A DNA stretch of 64,000 bases, taken from Candidatus Latescibacterota bacterium (GTDB lineage: Bacteria > Latescibacterota > UBA2968 > UBA8231). Numbering within the stretch: position 1 is the first letter of the stretch; the number at the start of each line of letters is the position of its first letter. Below the pieces are notes generated by a model. That model searched no databases and was not told the DNA's origin. It worked only from the letters and a program-made list of their open reading frames with translations. The translations under genes were made by a program, and so were the position numbers. Positions 9,169 through 17,592 of the stretch are shown here, piece by piece. The DNA is taken from assembly GCA_965221775.1 (NCBI GenBank), contig CBDCSU010000005.1, forward strand, positions 256,001-320,000, given 5' to 3'.

Positions 9169-11649
9169 CTAGAAGATGAGGACCGACACCGACTTCTGGA
9201 TCAGGGCGATGGAGATCGACGCCATGCCCATGAGCGCCATGCCGCAGGCGAAGCCGACGGCGAGGACGGGCGCATAGGTGCGCCACTGTTGTCGTCCGTA
9301 GCGGTTCCAGAAGTAGTACCGGGCCAGCATGGCGCCGATGACTTCGGTGATCATCCAGTGGGGGATCGTCGTCAGGGCGCGCACGTAGCCGAAGACGAGG
9401 AGGATGGGCAGCCCGAAGGCCGACAGGAGGATGTAGCTGCCCAGGCCGACGACGGTCCCGGCGACGATGAGGTTCGGCTTGATGGCGCGGAAGAGCCAGG
9501 GCTCGTCGGTGGAGCGCTGGATCCAGGGGCTGGTGAAGTTCGGGTCGGTGTCGACGGCGAAGTAGTACTCCCAGCCGGCGGGCAAGGTCTGGGCGCTGGA
9601 GGCGAGGAGGGCTGGGCGAGGCGTGTCGACGACGCCGATCACCGGTTTCTCGCCCTCGACCAGCTCGGGGATGCGGTCCGGCGTGGCCACGGCGTCGCGG
9701 ATCAGGTCGGCGGCGTGGGGCAGGCCCGCGGCAGCCGGGCCTTCGGCGCGCACCTCGTAGCCTCCGGCCGGCGCCGCCTTCTCCAGGGCGCCGGGAGGCA
9801 GGGTCGGAACGTCTTCGGGCATACCCTCGCCGAAATGGGTGTAGAAGGCGCGCTTCTCGGACCAGGGGCCGGCCTCGCCGAGCTTGCCCTGCGACTCGAT
9901 CCACTTGCTGTCGGCGGCGCGCACGCGCCAGTACCACCACTCCCCCTCCACCAGGTTCGACGGCACCCAGGTGGCGCTGTTGCGCTCCGGCGACTCCTTC
10001 AGCTCGCTCTTCAGGGTGCCGGTGAACCAGATGCAGGTCTGCAGGGCCCGCAGGCGCCACATGACCTGGGCATAGGGGTACGAGGCCGAGGGGATGGGCG
10101 CCAGCTTCCAGATGTAGGAGGAGTAGAGGAATGTGGCGAAGAGGACGATGGGCACCATCACCAACTCGGCCTTGATGATGCTCGTGAACTTGGTGCCCGT
10201 GAGCTCGATCTCGCGGAACTTCTGGGTCTGGGAGCCGTAGTTGCCCAGCGGGAAGGGCATGAACCAGATGTCCACGCCCTGGTACCCGGAGAGGATGATC
10301 GTCGCCTCGCGCACGTAGGGGATCTCGATCGTCTGCCCCACCATGCCCACGAGGCGCGCGTTGACGAAGGACTGGAACGGCGTCAGCACGAACCCGAAGA
10401 ACAGGAAGAACCAGATGAACTGGTGGAAGGCGGGCAGGAAGATCCAGGCGATGACGATGAGGCCGGCGGCGGTCAGCCCGTACAGGGTCAGGGCGATCCA
10501 CATGGGGAAGTCGCCGCGCCCTTCGGGCACCGCCCAGGAACCGCCCCCTCCGCCGGAGGCCCTGGCGGCGGCGGCGTTTCGCAGCCCCTGCACGACCTGC
10601 CAGATGCCGATGAGGGCGATGGCGATGGTCGTGCCGATGCCGAAGCTCATCCAGAAGTCGACGGAGTTGACGAAGAAGGTCTCGATGGCGCCCATGCCGG
10701 GCTGCCAGATCTGCAGGTAGCCGAGGTCGTAGAGGATCGGGTTGGCCACCGAGTGGGCGACGACGCCGAGGAAAGTGCCCATGACCCCCCAGAAAGGCAT
10801 GACGAGGCCGGCGAAGATCGGCCCCAGGTGGGCGGTGAACCCGAGGGGGGTGGCGGGGATGAAGTTGCCCGTGACCTGCGTGAAGTCGACGAAGGGAATG
10901 GGGATCAGCTGGATCGGCTTGGTGAGCAGGGAGCCGGAGATCGCCGGGATCGCCACGTACAAGGTGCCGAAGACGAGGCCGATCATGGCCCCGGCGGAGA
11001 ACGCCCTCCAGCGCCACGACTCCACCCCCTGGGTGGTCTCGGCCAGGGCCGTGGCCCCCTGGGCGGCGACGGGCGCGAAGGGGAAGGGCAGGCGCTCGTA
11101 GTCGGAGTTCAGCCGGAAGAGGGCATAGGCCATGGTGAACCACGAGACCCGCGAGATCACGAACTGCGCCAGCAGCAGCGAGATGGGGATGATCCAGTCG
11201 GTGTGCAGGAAGGTCCGCTGCAGCAGCGCCGGCGACTCCAGGGGCGGCGCCCACCAGTCCGGGATCAGGTTGGCGATGCCGAACTGCTGCGCCGGCGGCG
11301 ACTGGCGCAGGTACTGGTTCCACAGCAGCCCCTCGAAGGCGCCGGTCTCGGCGGCGATCAGTCCCGCCGCCACGTAGTAGAGGACGTACACCTCCTGGCG
11401 CGTCAGGGAGGTGAAGGAGCGCTTGGTGATCTCGGCGAAGAGGATGATCGTCACCCACTCCGCCGCGGCGCCGAGGGAACCGCCCACCATGAGGCTGAGG
11501 TACATGTTCCCCGGGATCATGACGAAGGCGACGAAGAACACGCCGAGGATCGCCTTGCGCGTGAAGCCGTCCTCGAACTCGGTGGGCGTCTCGAGGAGGT
11601 CGCGGTACTCTTCGACTTCCTGGTTGGCGTTGCTCTTGCGTCTCAGCAT
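9169..11649 (-). CDS. OPT/YSL-like oligopeptide transporter with inserted FN3-like soluble domain
   Basis: 826 aa polytopic; GFTRKAILG, MYLSLMVG, LTRQEVYVL resemble the OPT N-terminus; soluble insert with WYWRVRAAD. Confidence 0.8.
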   Translation of the reverse strand: MLRRKSNANQEVEEYRDLLETPTEFEDGFTRKAILGVFFVAFVMIPGNMYLSLMVGGSLGAAAEWVTIILFAEITKRSFTSLTRQEVYVLYYVAAGLIAAETGAFEGLLWNQYLRQSPPAQQFGIANLIPDWWAPPLESPALLQRTFLHTDWIIPISLLLAQFVISRVSWFTMAYALFRLNSDYERLPFPFAPVAAQGATALAETTQGVESWRWRAFSAGAMIGLVFGTLYVAIPAISGSLLTKPIQLIPIPFVDFTQVTGNFIPATPLGFTAHLGPIFAGLVMPFWGVMGTFLGVVAHSVANPILYDLGYLQIWQPGMGAIETFFVNSVDFWMSFGIGTTIAIALIGIWQVVQGLRNAAAARASGGGGGSWAVPEGRGDFPMWIALTLYGLTAAGLIVIAWIFLPAFHQFIWFFLFFGFVLTPFQSFVNARLVGMVGQTIEIPYVREATIILSGYQGVDIWFMPFPLGNYGSQTQKFREIELTGTKFTSIIKAELVMVPIVLFATFLYSSYIWKLAPIPSASYPYAQVMWRLRALQTCIWFTGTLKSELKESPERNSATWVPSNLVEGEWWYWRVRAADSKWIESQGKLGEAGPWSEKRAFYTHFGEGMPEDVPTLPPGALEKAAPAGGYEVRAEGPAAAGLPHAADLIRDAVATPDRIPELVEGEKPVIGVVDTPRPALLASSAQTLPAGWEYYFAVDTDPNFTSPWIQRSTDEPWLFRAIKPNLIVAGTVVGLGSYILLSAFGLPILLVFGYVRALTTIPHWMITEVIGAMLARYYFWNRYGRQQWRTYAPVLAVGFACGMALMGMASISIALIQKSVSVLIF

Positions 11650-11668
11650 GCTCGAGAGGGGGCGCGGT

Positions 11669-14600
11669 TCAGGCGGAGACGGAGCCGGCGGGGGCGCCGG
11701 AGAGCAGTTCCTGTCCCTGGCTCCGGTAGGCCTCCTTGGCCTCGGCGTCGACGGTGCGCCAGATGAGGAACTGCTTGCGGATGACGTTCATGAAACGCTG
11801 GTTGACGCGCCGCCACGAGGCGTCCTCGCCGCTCAGGCGCCGGATGTCGAGCTGGATCTGGTAGATGTTGTGCTCGGACTCGGGCAGGGCGCGGATGACG
11901 ACGTGCTGGCTCACCCCCAGGTCGAAGGGCGCCAGCCAGATGTTCATGTCGATGGTGTAGCCCTCGCCGTACTCGGAGTCGAGGCGGCCCAGCTTGGCGC
12001 CGTCGGTGTAGAAGGTCCCGATCGACTCCTCGGAGTAGGAGTCGAAGTAGCCGATGAGGAAGACCGACAGGCCGAGGACGTCGCGCCCCGCCACGGTGAA
12101 GGGGAACTCGAAGTGCCAGTCGTCCCCTTCGGGCCGCGGCAGCCGCCAGCGGCGGGTCACGTCGGGGACCGCCATCTGCGACGCCCGGCGCGCCGGGTAG
12201 ATGGTGGAGAGCATGACCACCGCCATCACCAGGATGCAGGAGAGCACCGCCGACAGGGACGAGTAGTTGAGGGTGAAGCCGGTGACCACCCCGAGCTGGG
12301 TGAGCAGGGTCGCCGTGATCTGACCGACGAGGTAGCCGGCCACCACCCCGAGGACCGAGTAGACGCAGGACTCGGCCATGAACAGCCAGGCGATGTGCCC
12401 CGGCGCCAGGCCCACGGAGGAGTAGATGCCGATCTCGCGGAAGCGCTCGTAGACGCTGCCCATCATCGTGTTGAGGACGATGAGGGCGGCGATGAGGATC
12501 GGCACGAAGAGGTTGGCCACCCCCGACAGCGAGGTCATGCCCAGGGAGCTGTAGATCGACACCTTGATGTAGTCGTCGCCCGGCTCCTGGATGCCGGCGA
12601 AGAGGGTCACCGCCAGGCGCGACAGGAACTGCTCGATCTCGGCGCGCTCGTCGACGCCCTCGTCGAAACGGATCGCCACCGACTGCAGGGGATTGCCGCT
12701 GCCCACGTTGCGCAGCGTGTGGTACGGCAGGATCAGGGTGTTGGCCGGCTCCAGGTGGACGAAGGGCTTGATCACCACCTGCGCGTCCTCGAGGCCCTGC
12801 TTCTCCCGCTGCTCCTCCTCGGCGATCTCCTGCACCGCCTGGCCGCCGGTGACGGCGAAGTCGGCGGGCGTCATCGTCTCGTCGTCGAGATCCTTCAGCT
12901 CCTTCATGCGCGTGGAGTTGATGATGCCGATGACGGTGAACCGCTCGCCGAAGACGCGCACCGTGACGCCGCCGGCGTCGACCTCGCCCATGTCGATGCC
13001 GAGCTTGTCGGCCCCGAGCATGTCGTTCGGCAGGATGCAGACCCTCTCTTCGCCCTCCCGGAACCAGCGCCCCGCCAGCAGGGCCTGGTCGAGGCCGGTC
13101 ACATCGGTCTCGGACGGGGTCAGGCCGAGGACGCCGAGGGCGTTATGGGCATCCTCGCCGTACTTGATCTTGATGTGGGCCTTCTTCTGGTTGTCGTACC
13201 AGCTCCGCGGCGCGATGGCGGCCCGGCCGCCGAAGTTGCTGTGGGCGTACTCGAGGACCGACTCCTCCAGCGGCGTCCACGCCTTGCTGCGGATCAGCAG
13301 GCCCTCGTAGAGCCCCTCGTTGTCGCGCTCGATCTGGTTGTAGCGCAGCGCCGTCTGGATGGACGTGAAGGACAGGACCGTGAAGGTGAGCAGCAGCAGG
13401 GTGACGAAGGTCAGCGCCGTGCGCAGCTTGCGGCGCTTCATGTTGGAGATGCCCAGGAGGAAGGCGGTGAGGGAGGCGCTGGAGCGGCTCACGTCGGTGT
13501 CGTGAATGACCGCCACCTCGGTGCGCAGCTTCTTCATCTGCTCGTTGAAGCGGCCGGAGATGATCCACATGACGAGGGCCGCGAGGACGAGGATGACGAA
13601 GGCCAGGAGAATGACGAAGGGGTTGGACAGCTCGAAGGCCGGGTGGACGAAGGAGAGGACGATCCAGATGACGAGGAAGATGCCGGCGAAGCCCATGATC
13701 TGGCGCTGGATCGTGGCGGCGGTGATCAGCAGGCGCTCGGCGAAGTAGGCGCAGGGCAGGACCAGGGCCATGAAGAAGATGATGCCCTGGATCACGTCGT
13801 TCTGGGTCGACTTGACGTCGGGATAGGCCCGCGACTCCAGGCCGATGGCGGAGCGCGTGTGGCGCACGAACTCGCTCCACTCCTTGCGCTCCAGGGCCGC
13901 CGCCGCCCGTTCCAGCTCCCCCCGGGCGCGTTCGTGCAGGTCGTTCAGACGCTGGTTCTCGATGGCGAAACTCCGCAGCTCGCGCATGCGGGCCTCGTCG
14001 AGGGTCCACATGTCACGGGCCGACTGGTAGGAGGTTCGCGCGAAGGAGGACCCCGGCTCCATGGCGAAACCCGCCCCCAGGGCCTCCTCCTTGTCGTCCG
14101 GGTTCTCGGAGTTCAGCAGCAGGGAGCGGAAGCCGAGAATGCCGGCGCCGAAGCCCATTTTCACCAGGGCCCCCGGACGGGCGAAGAGCACGCCCACCGG
14201 CTCGTCCTTGGCCGAGGGGCCCTCCCCGATGGTGTATCCGTACTCCACGGGGGAGGCGTTGGTCTCGTCGAAGACGGTGACCTCGGAGAGCTTGGTGAGG
14301 TAGCGGGGGTCGACGATGTCGAAGAAGTTGAAGGCGTGACACGGGAAGAGGACGACCATCCACTCCTTGTCGCGCCAGTCCATCTTGATCAGCATCGGGT
14401 AGGCCTGGTCGCCCTGGATGCCGCGGTCGGGCGCGTAGCTGACCCGTCCGGTGGCCGGGTCCATGCGGTAGCCCTCCACCTGGACCTGCTCGACGCGGAT
14501 GCGGTTGACGAAAAAGGCGCCGTCGCCGTCGACGACCTCGAAGTACTCGCCGCGCACGCCCTTGTAGGACTTCTTCTTGCCGTTGCGCACGACGCCGACG

Positions 14601-16480
14601 GCGCCGGTGCGCGGCAGGTCCGGCACGATGCTGCGCCTCGGGAAGACCATGGTCCGGGCCTTCAGGGAGCGCATCGTGTCCTTGAGGCGCATCTTGAAGT
14701 CGGGGAACAGCTCCGGGTCCTCGAAGGCCATGTGGAACATCCCCGCCAGGGCCCGGATCTGCCGCGAGAGGTTGTCGTAGCGGATGTGGTGCGCGCGGTC
14801 GAGAGGGGTGTCGACGAGGAACCGGGCGTCGTTCACGGTGACGAAGGCCAGGGCCGGTGTCCCCGTGGTCAGCACCAGCTCGCTGTTCACGGAGATCTCG
14901 CCGGGGACGAAGGTCTCCCAGCTCTTGCCCCCCTCGGGGCTGATGCCGTTCACCAGGACGTCGCGGAAGCTGTAACCGAGCTCGCGGCTCACCTTTCGCG
15001 AGTAGCCCATGAAGTTCTTGCCGAAGGGCGCGAAGTAGCGCTTGTAGTAGAAGCTCGAGTTGCTGTTCCAGATGCCGAGCTCGTCGGTCTGCGTCGACAG
15101 GTCGAGGCTGATGAACAGGTTCACGTCGAGGGAATCGACCTTCGGATCGACCCACTCGCGGTAGAAGCCCAGGCGCAGGTCCTCGTCGTCGCCGAGCTTC
15201 CTAAGCAACTCGTCGGAGGAGTCGAAGGAAGCCTGGCGGAGCTCGGACCCCTTCCTGTACCGGAGCCGCCAGTCGTCGCCGTCGCGGATGATCAGGTCTT
15301 CGCCGTCCGCCATGGAGGCCCTGGCCACGGCGCGCACGAGAAGGGTGTCGGTCTCGGCCACGGAGCGAACCAGCGCTTCCTTGCCGCTGAAGGTCTCCTC
15401 GCCGAGAAGGTAGGTGACCCCGTCCTCTCCCTCGCCGATCAGCCCGCGGGCCAGGGACGCTTCGATGACTCGGCGCAGGACCATGCGGTCGATGAAGGGG
15501 TTCTCGTCGCGCAGGTAGCGCTGGATGAAGTCGTCGATGCCGCGCAGGGCGAGGTGGTGGGCGGAGGTGGCGAGGAACAGGACCGAGCGCGCCGGGGGAT
15601 GCTCGCGGAAGTACCGGGCCAGCTCGAGCAGGGCCGTGATCCCCGCCGCCTGCTCGGCGCCGGGCGCGAGGGAGGGCACCACCGACATGGCGTCGTAGTA
15701 CGACTCCAGGACGATCACATCGTCCTGGAGCAGGGGGTCGTAACCGGGGATGAAGCCCATGACGTTCCAGGCCGGGCGCCGCTCCCAGTCCATGCGGTAC
15801 TCGAGGTGGGCCGAGGGCGGCCCGCCCGCGCCCTCGATCGCCTCCCGCAACAGTCCGCCATCCGGGCCGCTCACCCAGAACCGGGGCAGGTCGAGGGGCA
15901 TGGTGAGGAACTTCTTCTCGCCCTCCAGGTAGACGGTCGAGTCGGGCTCGATGAAGACGACGGCGGCGGCGCCCAGATAGGCGCCGTTGAGCCAGTTGTC
16001 GCCGGAGTTGAAGTCGAGGACGACGACGGCCCCCTCCACGTCCTGGCCGTCGAACTCCACGAACTCCCCCCGTCCGCCGTAGATCAGGGGCCCGTGGATG
16101 CCGCCGTCGGGCAGGGTCGAGGTGCGCACCAGGTTGGGCCACAGTCCGTGGAGCTCCACGGAGGGCCCTCCCGCGATCCTGAGACGTCCTCCCTGGTCGA
16201 CGGGCACGGAGACGTCGTACTTGTGGAAGGTGATGTCGTGCAGGCCGATCTGCCGGAACTGGCGGTGCACGTGCAGGGCCGCCTCCTCGGCTCCGGGATA
16301 GCCGGCCACGCGCGAACCGAGGCCCGAGAAGAACCCCACGGTCCGGCGCAGACGGTCCTCCGGCGCCAGCTGGCGGAGGGCCTCGAAGTCGACTTCGGCC
16401 GCCGCCGGCGCCGCCGCGAGGACGGCGAGCAGGCCGAGGGACCCCGCGCGCAGACGGAGAAACGGGCGCATATCGGTCAT
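11669..16480 (-). CDS. Large PA/M28-peptidase-like + FtsX/MacB-type permease fusion
   Basis: Signal peptide ending AAAPAAA; RVAGYPG, NVMGFIPG, VIVLESYYD, APGAEQAAG (M28-like); NMKRRKLRTALT, NTMMGSVYERFREIGIYSSVG, YPARRAS (FtsX/MacB). Start 16471-16507 uncertain; ORF-track extension to 17203 overlaps other genes. Confidence 0.88.
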   Translation of the reverse strand: MTDMRPFLRLRAGSLGLLAVLAAAPAAAEVDFEALRQLAPEDRLRRTVGFFSGLGSRVAGYPGAEEAALHVHRQFRQIGLHDITFHKYDVSVPVDQGGRLRIAGGPSVELHGLWPNLVRTSTLPDGGIHGPLIYGGRGEFVEFDGQDVEGAVVVLDFNSGDNWLNGAYLGAAAVVFIEPDSTVYLEGEKKFLTMPLDLPRFWVSGPDGGLLREAIEGAGGPPSAHLEYRMDWERRPAWNVMGFIPGYDPLLQDDVIVLESYYDAMSVVPSLAPGAEQAAGITALLELARYFREHPPARSVLFLATSAHHLALRGIDDFIQRYLRDENPFIDRMVLRRVIEASLARGLIGEGEDGVTYLLGEETFSGKEALVRSVAETDTLLVRAVARASMADGEDLIIRDGDDWRLRYRKGSELRQASFDSSDELLRKLGDDEDLRLGFYREWVDPKVDSLDVNLFISLDLSTQTDELGIWNSNSSFYYKRYFAPFGKNFMGYSRKVSRELGYSFRDVLVNGISPEGGKSWETFVPGEISVNSELVLTTGTPALAFVTVNDARFLVDTPLDRAHHIRYDNLSRQIRALAGMFHMAFEDPELFPDFKMRLKDTMRSLKARTMVFPRRSIVPDLPRTGAVGVVRNGKKKSYKGVRGEYFEVVDGDGAFFVNRIRVEQVQVEGYRMDPATGRVSYAPDRGIQGDQAYPMLIKMDWRDKEWMVVLFPCHAFNFFDIVDPRYLTKLSEVTVFDETNASPVEYGYTIGEGPSAKDEPVGVLFARPGALVKMGFGAGILGFRSLLLNSENPDDKEEALGAGFAMEPGSSFARTSYQSARDMWTLDEARMRELRSFAIENQRLNDLHERARGELERAAAALERKEWSEFVRHTRSAIGLESRAYPDVKSTQNDVIQGIIFFMALVLPCAYFAERLLITAATIQRQIMGFAGIFLVIWIVLSFVHPAFELSNPFVILLAFVILVLAALVMWIISGRFNEQMKKLRTEVAVIHDTDVSRSSASLTAFLLGISNMKRRKLRTALTFVTLLLLTFTVLSFTSIQTALRYNQIERDNEGLYEGLLIRSKAWTPLEESVLEYAHSNFGGRAAIAPRSWYDNQKKAHIKIKYGEDAHNALGVLGLTPSETDVTGLDQALLAGRWFREGEERVCILPNDMLGADKLGIDMGEVDAGGVTVRVFGERFTVIGIINSTRMKELKDLDDETMTPADFAVTGGQAVQEIAEEEQREKQGLEDAQVVIKPFVHLEPANTLILPYHTLRNVGSGNPLQSVAIRFDEGVDERAEIEQFLSRLAVTLFAGIQEPGDDYIKVSIYSSLGMTSLSGVANLFVPILIAALIVLNTMMGSVYERFREIGIYSSVGLAPGHIAWLFMAESCVYSVLGVVAGYLVGQITATLLTQLGVVTGFTLNYSSLSAVLSCILVMAVVMLSTIYPARRASQMAVPDVTRRWRLPRPEGDDWHFEFPFTVAGRDVLGLSVFLIGYFDSYSEESIGTFYTDGAKLGRLDSEYGEGYTIDMNIWLAPFDLGVSQHVVIRALPESEHNIYQIQLDIRRLSGEDASWRRVNQRFMNVIRKQFLIWRTVDAEAKEAYRSQGQELLSGAPAGSVSA

Positions 16481-16518
16481 GACCGGGTAATGATCGGCAA
16501 ACGGCATGGGCCCCGCAA

Positions 16519-17049
16519 TCACCGACCGGGGGCGGGGCCTCCCCCGTAGCCCGCCCTGGCCAGGGCCCGCACCGCGTAGTAGGTGATCAGCCCCGTCATC
16601 GCCCCGGAGAGGACGCCGCCCACCAGGAAGAGGGGCAGCAGCCGCAACAGACCCGCCTGGGCGAGATAGACCTCGGCCACCAGGAGCTGCGTCACCTGGT
16701 GGACGACGGCCCCCGCGACGCTCAGCCCCACGGGGCTCAACAGGCCGGGCAGGTATCGCCGCAGTCCGATCATCGCGGCCAGGCTCGTGAGGGCGGCGCT
16801 GCCCCCGATGACCGACGCCGGGCCGGCCAGACCGCCGCTCAACAGACCGCCGACGACGACCTTCACGGCGCTCACCGCCGCCCCCGGGCCGCCGCCGAAG
16901 AGGAGCAGCGTCGACAGGACGGCGGCGTTTCCGAGTCCGAGCTTCATCCACGGCAGGGGGCGCGGCACGACCGTCTCGAAGACGAAGAGGATCAGGGCGG
17001 CGGCGGACATCAGCCCCAGGAAGGCGACGCGCTTTGCGGGCGAGAGCAT
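16519..17049 (-). CDS. Gx transporter family (heptaprenyl diphosphate synthase component I-like) membrane protein
   Basis: FVFETVVPRPLPWMKLGLGN, SPVGLSVAGAVVHQVTQL. Confidence 0.9.
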   Translation of the reverse strand: MLSPAKRVAFLGLMSAAALILFVFETVVPRPLPWMKLGLGNAAVLSTLLLFGGGPGAAVSAVKVVVGGLLSGGLAGPASVIGGSAALTSLAAMIGLRRYLPGLLSPVGLSVAGAVVHQVTQLLVAEVYLAQAGLLRLLPLFLVGGVLSGAMTGLITYYAVRALARAGYGGGPAPGR

Positions 17050-17414
17050 CAGCGGCTGACCCCGTCGAAGGAGGGACCGCCCTCCCCTTCGACCCGGACC
17101 ACCAGATGGTTGGGGACACAGACCGCCACGTCGCCCACCGCCCGCAGCCAGCCGCGGCGGACGCAGATCCGCCGGGCGCAGGGAGAGTCCACAACGCGGG
17201 CACGGCCGCCGTCGACCTCCACCGCGCTCACCCCGGCGGGGCCGGGCACCTCGATCCGCGCCGCCTCGTGCAGCGGCAGGAGACGCACGACCTCGCCTCC
17301 CACCTGCACGCTCGCCGCCCGGGGGGTCCCACCGCCGGGCCTCGCCACGAGCAGGGCCGCCGCCGACAGCAGCACCACCGCCGCGAGAACGATGTCGCCC
17401 GGGCTGGGAGGCAG
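17049..17414 (-). CDS. NusG domain II-containing membrane-anchored protein (start uncertain: CTG 17414 or GTG 17543)
   Basis: GD + TM anchor; VVDSPCARRICVRRGW...AVCVPNHLVVRV. Confidence 0.85.
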   Translation of the reverse strand: MPPSPGDIVLAAVVLLSAAALLVARPGGGTPRAASVQVGGEVVRLLPLHEAARIEVPGPAGVSAVEVDGGRARVVDSPCARRICVRRGWLRAVGDVAVCVPNHLVVRVEGEGGPSFDGVSR

Positions 17415-17427
17415 GGGCCGGTACGGC

Positions 17428-17456
17428 TTGACACTCCCCCTGGGGCTGATTACACT
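17428..17456 (+). promoter_or_regulatory. Sigma70-type promoter upstream of rel
   Basis: TTGACA(17428-17433)-N17-TACACT(17451-17456). Confidence 0.75.
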
Positions 17457-17592
17457 GGCGAGAGCGCCGCGCAATGACGTATCTCGTTGTCGGCTATGGA
17501 GTAACCGCCGTTTCGCCGGGCCTGTTTCGAGGCCTCCGGACACCCCGTGCCCGTCGAGCCCGCACCGGCTTCACCGGGCTTGTGAGCCCCTC

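Noticed and set aside
8014-16549. Very long + strand ORFs (8014..11766, 11411..16549) and similar antisense or alternate-frame ORFs throughout
   Set aside because: Shadow frames of real genes in high-GC DNA; Arg/Gly/Pro-rich or antisense-typical composition with no motifs.
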